Shown here one piece after another: positions 8,057 through 17,252 of a stretch of 30,390 nt of DNA. Each line of letters starts with the position of its first letter. Position 1 is the stretch's first letter. This DNA is from a virus. Its lineage: Duplodnaviria; Caudoviricetes. A program made the position numbers and the translations under genes. The stretch lies in the IMG/VR virus record IMGVR_UViG_3300049782_000039, positions 1 to 30,390 of that record, one strand, 5' to 3'. The notes beneath the pieces were generated by a model. That model made no database searches. It was not told where the DNA came from and was given only the letters and a program-made list of their open reading frames with translations.

Positions 8057-9549
8057 GCTGCGATCCGTATCTGCGCACGCTCCAGCAGGTGCCGCAGGGC
8101 GGCCGCCGCCTGCTGCGGGACAACGCCGTTACCGAGCGCCTTGAGCTGCGCCGAGCGGGGCAACCCGGGCACGCCCGTGACGTGACCGGCGGGAAGCCCC
8201 ATCATCCACTCGACGAACGCCGGGCTTAGGCGGCCTCGATCGTCAGTTGGCCGGGGTGCGGGCCGGCCGATCGCCGTTTCCCACCGCGCGATCGCGTCGG
8301 CGTAGTCACCCCAGTCGGTGACTCCGTCGGCAACGCGCTCAGTACCGCCTCGGCGAGGTTCGCCGTCCCCTCCTCGACTCGCCGGTCCGTCGCCGACGTC
8401 CGCGACACCGCGCCCTTCGTGCCGTCCGTCGCCCTCGGTGTCGGCAGCAGCGTCCGGGCCAAACTGTCCAGGGAGGGGCGAACGGCCGCTCCCGGGCTCG
8501 CTGACTGGTTGTTCCCGTAGGGCGTTGCCGTCGGGGTCGGCAGCAGCTTCGCTGAGGCGTCCGAGCTCGGGGTCGGTGCATCCGTGGCAGCCGGCGCAGA
8601 AACCCCCGGCGTCGTGGAAGGATTCGGGGCAGCCGCAGGTCGGGCAGTCGGGTTCGACAGCGTCTGAGCGCCCGCCCCGTCCGGCAACAGGTGCTCCACC
8701 TCGTCGGCCAGCGTCGGCCCGTGCCCCCCAGCCTTCCGCTTGTCCGGGTGCTGGGAACCGCCGTTCACCGCGAGCTGCGCCGTCGGTGTCTTCAGCAGCT
8801 TCACGACGGCCGGCAGCCCGTCCTCGTACCCGACCCCCTTGGAGTCCCTCGCCCGCGGCGTCGGCAGCGCTGCAACCTTCGCCCGCAGTGTGTCGTTCCG
8901 GGGACCGTCCAGCCTGCCCGGCCCGTTGTGTTCCTTCGTCGTCGGAGTCGGCAGCAGCGTCTCGGGGGAAACCGAGGATGAACTCGCGGAACCGCTCGTG
9001 TGGAGCGCGGACCTCCTCAGCGCGAAAGCCTGCCCATTCCGCATCGAACCCGAGGCCGGCCAGGTCGCCGAGTACGGCGCCAAGAGCTCGAAGAACGAGG
9101 GCTGCACCGCCGGTACGGTCCAGATCCTCAGCTCGGGGTTCCATTCCCCGATCAGCTTTCTGCGAGAGGATGCCGCGCACATTCTCGATCACCACCAAAC
9201 GGGGTCGTAGGACTTCGATCGCTCGGGCCATGTGCAGCCACAGGCCCGATCGGGTGCCCTCAGCGATTCCGGCGCGCTTACCGGCGAGGGACAGGTCGGT
9301 GCAGGGGAAACCGCCGGTGAGCACGTCAACCGGCCCGTATTGGTCGAGCACGCACTGCCAGCACACGCCCGTGATGTCGCCAAGGTTGGGCACCTCGGGC
9401 CAGTGGTGGGCGAGGATGCGTGCGGCGTACTGGTTCTTGTCCTCCGGGTCGTACTGGCAGAACCACACGAGTTCGCCGCCGAGCACGGCCCGCACGCCCT
9501 CGTCGAGTCCGCCGTATCCGCTGAACAGGGAAGCGATCCGGAGCGTCAT
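8053..9549 (-). CDS. DNA (cytosine-C5) methyltransferase, main frame
   Basis: Motif [56 protein letters not shown]. Confidence 0.92.
   Translation of the reverse strand: MTLRIASLFSGYGGLDEGVRAVLGGELVWFCQYDPEDKNQYAARILAHHWPEVPNLGDITGVCWQCVLDQYGPVDVLTGGFPCTDLSLAGKRAGIAEGTRSGLWLHMARAIEVLRPRLVVIENVRGILSQKADRGMEPRAEDLDRTGGAALVLRALGAVLGDLAGLGFDAEWAGFRAEEVRAPHERFREFILGFPRDAAADSDDEGTQRAGQAGRSPERHTAGEGCSAADAAGEGLQGGRVRGRAAGRREAAEDTDGAARGERRFPAPGQAEGWGARADAGRRGGAPVAGRGGRSDAVEPDCPTCGCPESFHDAGGFCAGCHGCTDPELGRLSEAAADPDGNALREQPVSEPGSGRSPLPGQFGPDAAADTEGDGRHEGRGVADVGDGPASRGGDGEPRRGGTERVADGVTDWGDYADAIARWETAIGRPAPRPTDDRGRLSPAFVEWMMGLPAGHVTGVPGLPRSAQLKALGNGVVPQQAAAALRHLLERAQIRIAA
8226..9182 (-). CDS. Nested +1-frame polypeptide with tandem LLPTP repeats (candidate MTase beta/TRD subunit)
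   Basis: 318 open codons inside the MTase gene; five L(L/A)-(P/K)TP units; strongly G/C-ending codons where the main frame looks off-frame. Confidence 0.65.
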   Translation of the reverse strand: MCAASSRRKLIGEWNPELRIWTVPAVQPSFFELLAPYSATWPASGSMRNGQAFALRRSALHTSGSASSSSVSPETLLPTPTTKEHNGPGRLDGPRNDTLRAKVAALPTPRARDSKGVGYEDGLPAVVKLLKTPTAQLAVNGGSQHPDKRKAGGHGPTLADEVEHLLPDGAGAQTLSNPTARPAAAPNPSTTPGVSAPAATDAPTPSSDASAKLLPTPTATPYGNNQSASPGAAVRPSLDSLARTLLPTPRATDGTKGAVSRTSATDRRVEEGTANLAEAVLSALPTESPTGVTTPTRSRGGKRRSAGPHPGQLTIEAA

Positions 9550-10418
9550 GCGGGCACCCCCTCGCCCGCGAGGTCCTCGAAGAGTTCCGCCTGCCGCGAC
9601 AGCGGCCGGTTAGACCACACGACCTCCACGCCAGCCGATCCCGTGCTGCCACGGCGGTTCGTCGTCGGCCGCTGCACGGACCTCTCGGCGCGGTGCCAAC
9701 CGGCGTACAGCTCGGCGTACAGCGGCGAGTCGTAGCCGGACAGCAGCACAGCCGACCGGCAGCCGTTCAGCACGGCCGCGAGCTCGCGATGATCCGCCTC
9801 CGTGCAGGTGTCGAACGAGTAGTCGCCTGCAGCTGCAGACTGCAGTCCGGTACGGGTCGATGCGAGGTACGGCGGGTCGCAGTACAGAACGGTGTCGGGC
9901 GCGTCGTACAGGGCGATCACGTCGGCGGCAGCACGGTTCTCGATGACGACCCGGCGCAGGCGTTCCGCGACGAAGTACAGCCGGTCGACCAGGTCGGCGA
10001 CAGTCGTCGCCTGCGACGAGCCGCGACGCATCCCGTTCGACCAGGACGCGCGCTTACTTGCCGCCGCGCCTGCGGCGTTGAACGACTGGGTTGTGCGAAC
10101 GAAGAACCGGCGGGCGCGTTCGAGGTCGTCGAGGTCGACGTCGAGGTCGGCGGCGCGGTACTCCTCGCGGCTGTACGGGGTGAGGGTGAGCGCCCGCACG
10201 AGGTCGGCCTCGCGATCGCGCAGCACTCGGAAGAACGTCACGACGTTGCCGTCGAGGTCGTTGAGGACCTCGTGCGCCGCCGCCCTCGGTCGGGCGAAGA
10301 GCACCGCGGCCGAGCCGGCGAACGGCTCGACGTACACCCGGTGTTCGCGCGGCAGGAGCCCGACGACCCATGGGGCGAGTCGGCCCTTTGCGCCGTAGTA
10401 GGGGAACGGTGGTTTCAT
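9546..10418 (-). CDS. Dam-like (D12 class) DNA adenine methyltransferase
   Basis: [43 protein letters not shown]; start by ATGA overlap at 10418. Confidence 0.92.
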   Translation of the reverse strand: MKPPFPYYGAKGRLAPWVVGLLPREHRVYVEPFAGSAAVLFARPRAAAHEVLNDLDGNVVTFFRVLRDREADLVRALTLTPYSREEYRAADLDVDLDDLERARRFFVRTTQSFNAAGAAASKRASWSNGMRRGSSQATTVADLVDRLYFVAERLRRVVIENRAAADVIALYDAPDTVLYCDPPYLASTRTGLQSAAAGDYSFDTCTEADHRELAAVLNGCRSAVLLSGYDSPLYAELYAGWHRAERSVQRPTTNRRGSTGSAGVEVVWSNRPLSRQAELFEDLAGEGVPA

Positions 10419-11044
10419 GCCGCGGCCCCCATGGCGTATCGCTGCACGTACGCGTCCGGCCATTTCGCCTTGCTCAGCCGGTCGCGCTGCGCCTGCGGCA
10501 TGTCGAACAACGGCAGCCCGCACCAGTCGTGACCGGCCGCGCGCAGCCACCACGCGTCGCACTGGTCGCCGCCCTCGCCTTTGGCGTTGAGGTCGCCGGG
10601 GAACTGCGCGCCGGCCGCGAGGTACGCGGCGTCGGCCATGTCGACCTTGGTCGCGTTGCCGTTGTCGCAGGCAAACGACTTCAGCGTCGCGGGCACGACG
10701 AGCGCGTACGGCACGCCGGCGTCGGCGAGCTCGCAGCGGACGACGCCGTGCACCATGGCCGTAATGCCCGCCGCCATGGCGTGCTTCGGCAGATCCTCGA
10801 TGACCGCTAGGTGCGGCCGGTACTCGGCGAGGTCGTCGCGAATGTCCGACCGGATGTGCACGAGGCGGCGGTCGCCGTCCTTGTCGCGCGTCCGGATCCG
10901 GTACGTCGTGCCGTCGGGCAGGCACACGCCCGTCGACCGCAGCGACAGGTCGAGCCCGATCACGCGGAACTCGTACGGGTTATCGGCGCCGGCGGCGAGC
11001 CGTGACAGCTCGCCGGGCGCGATCAGACCGGGAATCGTCGTCAC
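10415..11044 (-). CDS. RuvC-like Holliday junction resolvase
   Basis: [37 protein letters not shown]; GTGA overlap start. Confidence 0.85.
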   Translation of the reverse strand: MTTIPGLIAPGELSRLAAGADNPYEFRVIGLDLSLRSTGVCLPDGTTYRIRTRDKDGDRRLVHIRSDIRDDLAEYRPHLAVIEDLPKHAMAAGITAMVHGVVRCELADAGVPYALVVPATLKSFACDNGNATKVDMADAAYLAAGAQFPGDLNAKGEGGDQCDAWWLRAAGHDWCGLPLFDMPQAQRDRLSKAKWPDAYVQRYAMGAAA

Positions 11045-11508
11045 GCCGCACCGCCCCGGTACACCGGCGACATAGGCCCGCGCAGGTAGCGCAGCGCGTC
11101 GAGCGGCTGCGGCTCGGGCCAGTCGGTCGACCGCATCAGCGGGCATCCCTGCCCGTCGAGGCTGCCGTACCACAGCCACGTAGAACCGGCGTTGTCCCGC
11201 CACGGAAGCGCGAGGTTCCACACGTGGCCGGTGCCGTCGGTCCAGAGCTGCGCGTCGCGGTCGAGGGTGCCGCCGGACGGGATGAGCGGCTCGTCGGGGC
11301 GCTGCCACTGCGGCACCTCGCCCGACGGGCTGCAGCGGCCCGGCCCGTGTTCGGCGGCGAGGTCGCGGGCGATCACGGCGAGGATCGCCGCCGCCTTGAG
11401 CTTGCACACCTGGTCGTCGCCGTGCAGTTCGGCGTTCCCCTCGGCGTCGACGAGCAGCACGAGCGGGTGCTCGGTGAAGTCGACGAACCGGAAGTGATCG
11501 GCGGTCAT
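11041..11508 (-). CDS. Hypothetical protein with Trp-rich C-terminal domain
   Basis: MTADHFRFVDF...WRDNAGSTWLWYGSLDGQGCPLMRS; overlaps on both ends. Confidence 0.7.
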   Translation of the reverse strand: MTADHFRFVDFTEHPLVLLVDAEGNAELHGDDQVCKLKAAAILAVIARDLAAEHGPGRCSPSGEVPQWQRPDEPLIPSGGTLDRDAQLWTDGTGHVWNLALPWRDNAGSTWLWYGSLDGQGCPLMRSTDWPEPQPLDALRYLRGPMSPVYRGGAA

Positions 11509-12332
11509 GCGGGTGCCCCCTCGGGCTCGTCGGTGGTCACGGTCGGCTCGACCCACGGGCGCAGCGGCCACGCGCCGTCGACGACGGCGTTCGGGTCGGT
11601 CTTCCGGAAGTGCTTTTGCAGGCCGGCCGCTTGCTCGGCGGCGAGCTCGATCTGCCGCTCGTGCAGCTCGGCGAGCGTGAGGTCGCGGAACGCGTGGAAC
11701 CGCACCCGGCGCTCGGCGCGCACGTGCTCGGGCCACTCGCGGCGCGGCATGTGGGCGAGCTGCCCGATCCGGTACGCGATGCGGGCGGCGGCGAGCGCGT
11801 CGTACGCGCAGCCGTGCGCCGCCTCGTCGTCCCACGGCAGCCCGTAGAACTGCGCGAGGGTGATGAGCTGCCGGGCGCCCTGCGTCTCGCTCACCCGCCG
11901 CCGGTACGGAACGGCGTGCTGATCGAGCACACGCGTGTCGATCACGTACAGCGGGCGGCCGGCGAGCCGCTCGTGCAGCGTCAGCAGCCCGTACCGGCGG
12001 CACTCGCGGTCGAGCAGCGTGAGGTCATAGACGACGTTGTGCCCGACGATCGGCGCGCCGACCTCGCCGACCCATTCGGCGAGCATCTGCGCGACCTGGT
12101 CGACGACGATCTCAGCCGACTCGCCGTGCTCGCGGGCGTGCTCGGTCGTGATGTGGTGCACGTCGGTCGCCTCGGCGGGAATCTCGATGCCGGGGTCGGC
12201 GATCCACTCGCGGCCGTGCCGTTCGCCGTTGCCGAGCCCGTACACCGCGGCGGTCACGATCCGGTCGGTCTCGACGTTCACGCCGGTCGTCTCAAGGTCG
12301 AACGCTGCGAGGTGCCCGAGGTGCCATGTCAT
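11505..12332 (-). CDS. DnaQ-like DEDDh 3'-5' exonuclease
   Basis: FDLETTG, VGHNVVYDL, IDT..LD, AHGCAYDALAA. Confidence 0.92.
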   Translation of the reverse strand: MTWHLGHLAAFDLETTGVNVETDRIVTAAVYGLGNGERHGREWIADPGIEIPAEATDVHHITTEHAREHGESAEIVVDQVAQMLAEWVGEVGAPIVGHNVVYDLTLLDRECRRYGLLTLHERLAGRPLYVIDTRVLDQHAVPYRRRVSETQGARQLITLAQFYGLPWDDEAAHGCAYDALAAARIAYRIGQLAHMPRREWPEHVRAERRVRFHAFRDLTLAELHERQIELAAEQAAGLQKHFRKTDPNAVVDGAWPLRPWVEPTVTTDEPEGAPA

Positions 12333-13450
12333 CGGCGGGCCCCCGATCCGGGCTGCGCGGCGGTCGGCCAGACGGTCGGCGGGTTGGTGCCGTAGTCGAC
12401 GCCGACGGCGGCCGGGTGCGCGGTCGGCGGTTCGTCGCCGGCGTCCTGGTCGTCGTCAACGAACTCGCCGTCGACGACGCCCTCGTCGTCGAGCCCGTCG
12501 TCGCCGTCGTCGTCCTGGTCGCCGATCTCACCCGTACGCGGGTCGACGCCCCGCTCGATGTCCGCGGCGATCGCCTGCAGGTCGTCGCGCAGCTCGGTGT
12601 CGTGCGCGTGCCCTGCGGCCCGCGCCCGGTGCCAGACCTTGATGACGTCGTGGGCGTCGCGGCACTTGCGCGCCTCGGCCCGGTAGTCGACCGGCTCGGC
12701 GGGCGCCGCCTCGATCGCCGGCCGCTCGATGGTGGCCGGGTCGAGGGCGGCCGCCATGGACAGCGGGCCCGACAGGGCGTGCCGCAGCGACGGGATCGAG
12801 GGAACCACCATGATCACGGGGAATCGCTTTGTCTTGCCCCGGCGCTTCACCTCGCGCTGCTCGATCCACATCCGCAGCGGCATCGGCGACTTGCCGTCGG
12901 TCGCCGCGAGCACGGCGTCGATCCCGCCGGCCATGGCGTCGGCCGCGTAGTAGCTGTGCGTTTCCAGCCGCCAGACACCGAAGTCGGGCAGGTCGGCCAA
13001 CATGACGTTGAGCCGTGAGGTCGGCTTGCACACCGTGCCGGCCGGCTGCTCGTGCCAGTTCTCGCCGTGCTCGGCGAGGCACAGGCACGGCCGCCGTGAG
13101 AGCTGCTCGGTGATTCCGTCGCAGCGCCGGGCGCAGCCGCCGCCGGTCCACAGTTCGTTGGACTGCGACAGCGGGTCGCCGGGCGGCAGGATCGCCCGCA
13201 GCTCACGCGCCTCGGTGATCACACGGAACTGCGCGATCTTCGAGCCCTGCGGCGTCCACTCCTCGACCGTGCCGCCGTACAGCGATGCGGCCCGCTCGAC
13301 GTACTCACGTGAGTGGGACGACAGGATGAACGTTGCGCTGCGCTGCGCGATCGCCCGTTTCTTCGGGTCCGGGTTCGGCGTGCTGTAGCCGGTTCGGATA
13401 CGGCCGAGCTCGGCGCCCTGCCGTTTCATGGTCATGATTCGGGAGCCCAT
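12329..13450 (-). CDS. Gp3-like (phiC31/phiBT1 recombination directionality factor family) protein
   Basis: ELGRIRTG, LYGG.VEEW, ELWTGGGCARRCDG, CKPTSRLNVML...GVWRLETHSYYAA; recognised from memory of the family. Confidence 0.7.
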   Translation of the reverse strand: MGSRIMTMKRQGAELGRIRTGYSTPNPDPKKRAIAQRSATFILSSHSREYVERAASLYGGTVEEWTPQGSKIAQFRVITEARELRAILPPGDPLSQSNELWTGGGCARRCDGITEQLSRRPCLCLAEHGENWHEQPAGTVCKPTSRLNVMLADLPDFGVWRLETHSYYAADAMAGGIDAVLAATDGKSPMPLRMWIEQREVKRRGKTKRFPVIMVVPSIPSLRHALSGPLSMAAALDPATIERPAIEAAPAEPVDYRAEARKCRDAHDVIKVWHRARAAGHAHDTELRDDLQAIAADIERGVDPRTGEIGDQDDDGDDGLDDEGVVDGEFVDDDQDAGDEPPTAHPAAVGVDYGTNPPTVWPTAAQPGSGARR

Positions 13451-13451
13451 A

Positions 13452-14297
13452 TCAGGCTGCCTTTCGGTCGGAGGCGCCCGGCGCCCACGGCGGAACGACC
13501 GTGGAGTACGCCGACGGCGCGTCGTGCAGATAGCGGGCGGTGCGCATCGCGCCGAGGAACGCGCGGAACTGCCGCCGGCCGCTGGGAACCTCGATCAGGC
13601 GGTGACCGCGCGGCCGCAGGTTGAGCAGCGCCGTACGGTGCACCCGCGGCGCGGGCTCGCTCGTGTCGTCGGGCAGCAGCCACTCGGGCGCGTGCCGCAG
13701 CGCGGCGAGCTGCAGCGGCTGCTCGTCGTACACCGTGTCGTCCGGTTTCACGGTGCCGTCGGGCTTCTCCCCACTCGTCTTGTGGTCGACGAGCCACAAC
13801 TGCCGCCGCCGGTACGGCCCGGTCGGCAGCCACACCCACAGATCGCCAGTCCCGGCGTAGCCGTAGCGGCGGTGCATGACGGTCGTCTCGACCGCCTCGA
13901 CGTCACGGCCGAGGTCAATGCGCCACAGCCGGAACCAGGCGGCGAGCTGCCGGGCGAACGGCTCGACCTCGGGGTCGGCCGGGTACGGCACGCCGAGCAC
14001 CATGGCTTGCGCCCGGTTGTGTACGCGGCTGCCGAGGCTCTGTGCCCGCTCGGTGTACTGCCGGTGCACGGCGACGAGTTCTTTCCGCAGCTCGGCCGGT
14101 TCGGTCCGGGCTCGGCGGGCGACCGTGATCGGGTCGGCGAGCACGGCGTCGGCGGTCATGCCGGCCGCCCACGGGGTGAGCGCCGGTTTCGCGATGCTCG
14201 ACAGCGCGTTCGTGACACTGATCAGGTCCGGGCCCCCGGCGGGGTCGCGGTAGTAGCGACCCCGCTCGGTTGCGACAGCCCATTTCGGTTCGGTCAC
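13452..14297 (-). CDS. PD-(D/E)XK phage exonuclease (Cas4/YqaJ-like)
   Basis: RYY..SVT.., GSRVH, E, YAGTGD, LVDHKT, LQLAA; GTGA overlap start. Confidence 0.85.
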   Translation of the reverse strand: MTEPKWAVATERGRYYRDPAGGPDLISVTNALSSIAKPALTPWAAGMTADAVLADPITVARRARTEPAELRKELVAVHRQYTERAQSLGSRVHNRAQAMVLGVPYPADPEVEPFARQLAAWFRLWRIDLGRDVEAVETTVMHRRYGYAGTGDLWVWLPTGPYRRRQLWLVDHKTSGEKPDGTVKPDDTVYDEQPLQLAALRHAPEWLLPDDTSEPAPRVHRTALLNLRPRGHRLIEVPSGRRQFRAFLGAMRTARYLHDAPSAYSTVVPPWAPGASDRKAA

Positions 14298-14818
14298 TGG
14301 ACACCCGCCGTCTCGTCGCGGCCGATGCGGGCGCAGCGGAAGAACCCGGAGATACGGGCGAGCTGCTTCGCCCGGTCGAACGACGACTCGGGCAGCGCGT
14401 GCGGCCGCGGGTACCGGTGAGTGGCTCCGTCCTCGACCGGCTGCTCGCCGGCCGGGATGCACTTCTCACTCGGCTCGACCTCGACCTCGACCTGCCAGAC
14501 GGCGCCGCCGGTGTAACCGGTCGGCGAGTCGTCGTCGGGGTGCGCCCAGAACTGCCGGTCGACGTCGTCGTCCTCGGCCCGCCAATCCCAGTACCGGCCG
14601 TGCGCGTCGACCTTGGCGATGTCGTCGCACGCGGCGCGGGCTGCCTCGCGGGTCCGGTGCAGTGTCAGCGGGGCGCTGTCGTAGTCGGCGACGTACAGCG
14701 GCGGGATCGGGCGTTCGGCGTCGTACTGGTCGAGCAGCCGGTCGACGACGCGCTGCGGGTCGACGCTGTCGGCGTAGTACGCGCGCAGCGCGTGCTCGAT
14801 CACGGTGCGGGCGCTCAT
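14294..14818 (-). CDS. Hypothetical protein (174 aa)
   Basis: Coupled overlaps; GC3 bias. Confidence 0.7.
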   Translation of the reverse strand: MSARTVIEHALRAYYADSVDPQRVVDRLLDQYDAERPIPPLYVADYDSAPLTLHRTREAARAACDDIAKVDAHGRYWDWRAEDDDVDRQFWAHPDDDSPTGYTGGAVWQVEVEVEPSEKCIPAGEQPVEDGATHRYPRPHALPESSFDRAKQLARISGFFRCARIGRDETAGVQ

Positions 14819-15399
14819 ACCGCACCGCCCTCGCGGCCGGCAGCGATCCGGGCGTCGAGTCGCTCGCGCTCGATCTTTGCGACTGCCTCGGCGAGTTCGA
14901 GCGCGTCGTCGAGGTCATGCGCGAACGCCACGGCCCGGCCGACCTCGGACACGTACTGCCAGCCGGCCGGGTACACCCATGCCCGCAGCCCGGACACCGC
15001 GCCGTCGGTGACGGCCCACCGGTCCGAGCCGGTCGACTCGCGCTGTACGACGAGCTCGCCGTACCCGCCGCCGAGCCCGTCGGGCAGCGACACACGGAAC
15101 TCGGACGCGAGGGTGAGCTGCGCCGCGATGTGCTGCACGTACCGGGCGAGGATCCATTCCTCGGCGCCGTCAAGGTCCCACCGGTCCGGGTTGGCCATGG
15201 TGGCGAGCACGTCGTCGGCGAGCCGGCGGTATGCCTGCCCGTCGAGGACGAGCCGGGACGGGTTGAGGTCGGTTCCGAGGAACGCGCGGCGGGTAACGGC
15301 GGATGCATCCGCTTCGACGCGGTCGCACAGCCTGATCGCGCCGTCGGAGCCGTAGCCGGCCCGCATCAGGGCGGCGAGCGCCTCGTCGCGGGCGGTCAT
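14815..15399 (-). CDS. Hypothetical protein (194 aa)
   Basis: ATGA overlaps on both ends; GC3 bias. Confidence 0.7.
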   Translation of the reverse strand: MTARDEALAALMRAGYGSDGAIRLCDRVEADASAVTRRAFLGTDLNPSRLVLDGQAYRRLADDVLATMANPDRWDLDGAEEWILARYVQHIAAQLTLASEFRVSLPDGLGGGYGELVVQRESTGSDRWAVTDGAVSGLRAWVYPAGWQYVSEVGRAVAFAHDLDDALELAEAVAKIERERLDARIAAGREGGAV

Positions 15400-15872
15400 G
15401 CGGACTCACCCGCCCCGGCGAGCTGCGGAATACCCCGCTCGGCCCGGAACTCGGCGATCGCCGCCTCGCAGCACACCGGCTCACCCGCGATGCTGTGCTC
15501 GTCCTGCACGCACCCGTCGTCGGTCGCCTCGGCCTCGGTGAGCACGTCCCACTGCAGGTTGCAGTGCGAGCAGAAATGCGTCTCGGTGTAGGCGACGGCG
15601 ACCTCGTCGACGTGCGGCAGCTTCCGCAGCTCGGCCGCGATCGCCTCGCAGCGGCGGCGGTAGTCGCCCTCGATGTCACGGCTCGCGAGGCTGTCGCTCA
15701 TGGACACCCACCCGAGGCTGCCGAGGCGGCGCGGCAGAACCGCAACCGTGATCGGCCCGCTCACGGCGACGAACTCGGCGAGCTCGCCAATACCGGTGAG
15801 CCCGAGGTCGGCGGGGCGGCGAGGCTTGACGATGGCAGTCACCCGCCACTCGTCGCGGTGCGTCTTCCTCAT
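15396..15872 (-). CDS. Hypothetical protein with CSHC..CC motif
   Basis: Start MRKTHRDEW at an ATGA overlap; GAGGGGG RBS. Confidence 0.7.
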   Translation of the reverse strand: MRKTHRDEWRVTAIVKPRRPADLGLTGIGELAEFVAVSGPITVAVLPRRLGSLGWVSMSDSLASRDIEGDYRRRCEAIAAELRKLPHVDEVAVAYTETHFCSHCNLQWDVLTEAEATDDGCVQDEHSIAGEPVCCEAAIAEFRAERGIPQLAGAGESA

Positions 15873-16264
15873 GCGGCCGCACCCCCCTCGGTGCGCTGCG
15901 CGGCGGCGGCTCGGCGGTCGGCGAGCGACCGCACCTGTCCGGCGAGGCTGAGCACGAGCAGCCGCTCGGCGAGACGCCCGCACTGCCGGCCGTAGATGGG
16001 CAGCTTGGTGCGCACCTCGGCGACGAGGTCGTCGACGAGTCCCTCGAACGGCAAGTCGCTCGGCCGCTCGATCAGGTGCGGGTCACGCGCCTGCATGTCG
16101 ACGAGCCCGTCGAACCGGTCGAGGAACCGGTCGCTGAGCAGCGCCTCGACGACGTCGGTCACGACGCGCTGCACGAACGGCTCGACGTCGAGGGTCACGC
16201 CGGTCGGAATCGGCTCGGTCGTGATGCGGTACGGCCCGTCAACGGGCGTGGTCGGGTCGGTCAT
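15869..16264 (-). CDS. Hypothetical protein (131 aa)
   Basis: ATGA overlaps; GC3 bias. Confidence 0.7.
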   Translation of the reverse strand: MTDPTTPVDGPYRITTEPIPTGVTLDVEPFVQRVVTDVVEALLSDRFLDRFDGLVDMQARDPHLIERPSDLPFEGLVDDLVAEVRTKLPIYGRQCGRLAERLLVLSLAGQVRSLADRRAAAAQRTEGGAAA

Positions 16265-16347
16265 CGGGAACCCCCAGCAGACGAGGCGGCGATCAGGACG
16301 ACTGCGACGAGCAGCAGCACGGCAGCGACGGCGAGGTTCTCGATCAC
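16261..16347 (-). CDS. 28-aa single-pass membrane peptide
   Basis: [28 protein letters not shown]; exactly bridges two genes by GTGA and ATGA overlaps. Confidence 0.65.
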   Translation of the reverse strand: MIENLAVAAVLLLVAVVLIAASSAGGSR

Positions 16348-16850
16348 GGGCGGACCGCCGTCCGGCGGCCGGTGTGGGCGTGCATCTCGCCGTACATGGC
16401 GGGCACTCCGACGCCGACGAGGCGGGCGCGAACGCCGCCGTACGTGCAGCGCACGACCATCGACGAGCCCGTCGAGGTGGCTCGGGCGTCGGCGACGCCG
16501 AGCGCGTGCGTCCACTGCTTCCAGTCGGCGAGCGAGCGCGGGTGAACGACGAGCGTCACCTCGCCGCCGGCGGCCGACACGTCGGGCTCGCCGGGCAGTC
16601 CGGCGACCTCGACGCGCACGCTGTCGGCGACGTTCTTCGCTCGGCGGCACTCGGCGAGGGCAGCGACGGCGGCCGGGCTCGGCGCGGGCCGAGGGCGGCG
16701 AGGCGTCTCGAACGGGTCGGCCGACGGGGCGAGCAGCCCCAAGCCGTCGAGCTGCTGCGCAGCTTCGAGGGCGGGGTCGCCGGTCGTGCCGTGCACGACG
16801 GCAGCCGCGATGATGCGGGCGGCGCGCTCGACATGCGGGTGCGCGGTCAC
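16344..16850 (-). CDS. Hypothetical protein (168 aa)
   Basis: MTAHPHVERAARIIAAA...; GTGA overlap start. Confidence 0.7.
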   Translation of the reverse strand: MTAHPHVERAARIIAAAVVHGTTGDPALEAAQQLDGLGLLAPSADPFETPRRPRPAPSPAAVAALAECRRAKNVADSVRVEVAGLPGEPDVSAAGGEVTLVVHPRSLADWKQWTHALGVADARATSTGSSMVVRCTYGGVRARLVGVGVPAMYGEMHAHTGRRTAVRP

Positions 16851-17203
16851 AGGGTGCCCCCCGGACGCACGTCGGCGAGCACGTCCTCGCCGTCGACGAC
16901 GGCGGCGTGCACGCGGATCGGGACCCGCGAGCCGTCGCCCCGCTCGGGCGTCTCGGTGTGCAGCGTCCACAGCGCGACGCCGTCGGCACCACTGCTCTGC
17001 ACGATGCGGCCGCCGAGGTCGTACATCCAGCGCGACAGGTCGCGGGCGCTCGTGACCGTGATGTGCACGGCGTCCGGACGGGGCGTCATGGTCGCGGCGG
17101 GCAGGGGCAGGTAGTCGAGCATCGAGGCGACGGCGAGCTCGTTGATCGCCGTCAGATCGGTGTCGGTGAGGGTGTGCGGGCGTTCGGTAGGCTGTGCGCT
17201 CAC
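16847..17203 (-). CDS. Hypothetical protein (118 aa)
   Basis: GTG 17203 after GAAAGCGAGG; MSAQPTERPHTL...; GC3 bias. Confidence 0.65.
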   Translation of the reverse strand: MSAQPTERPHTLTDTDLTAINELAVASMLDYLPLPAATMTPRPDAVHITVTSARDLSRWMYDLGGRIVQSSGADGVALWTLHTETPERGDGSRVPIRVHAAVVDGEDVLADVRPGGTL

Positions 17204-17252
17204 GGCACGCGCCTCGCTTTCTTCCTGTGGGATGAGTGGGGCCGGTGCCCCT

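Noticed and set aside
13452-14297. Cas4-like nuclease as evidence of a CRISPR system
   Set aside because: No repeat-spacer array or other cas genes; this is the usual phage recombination exonuclease context.
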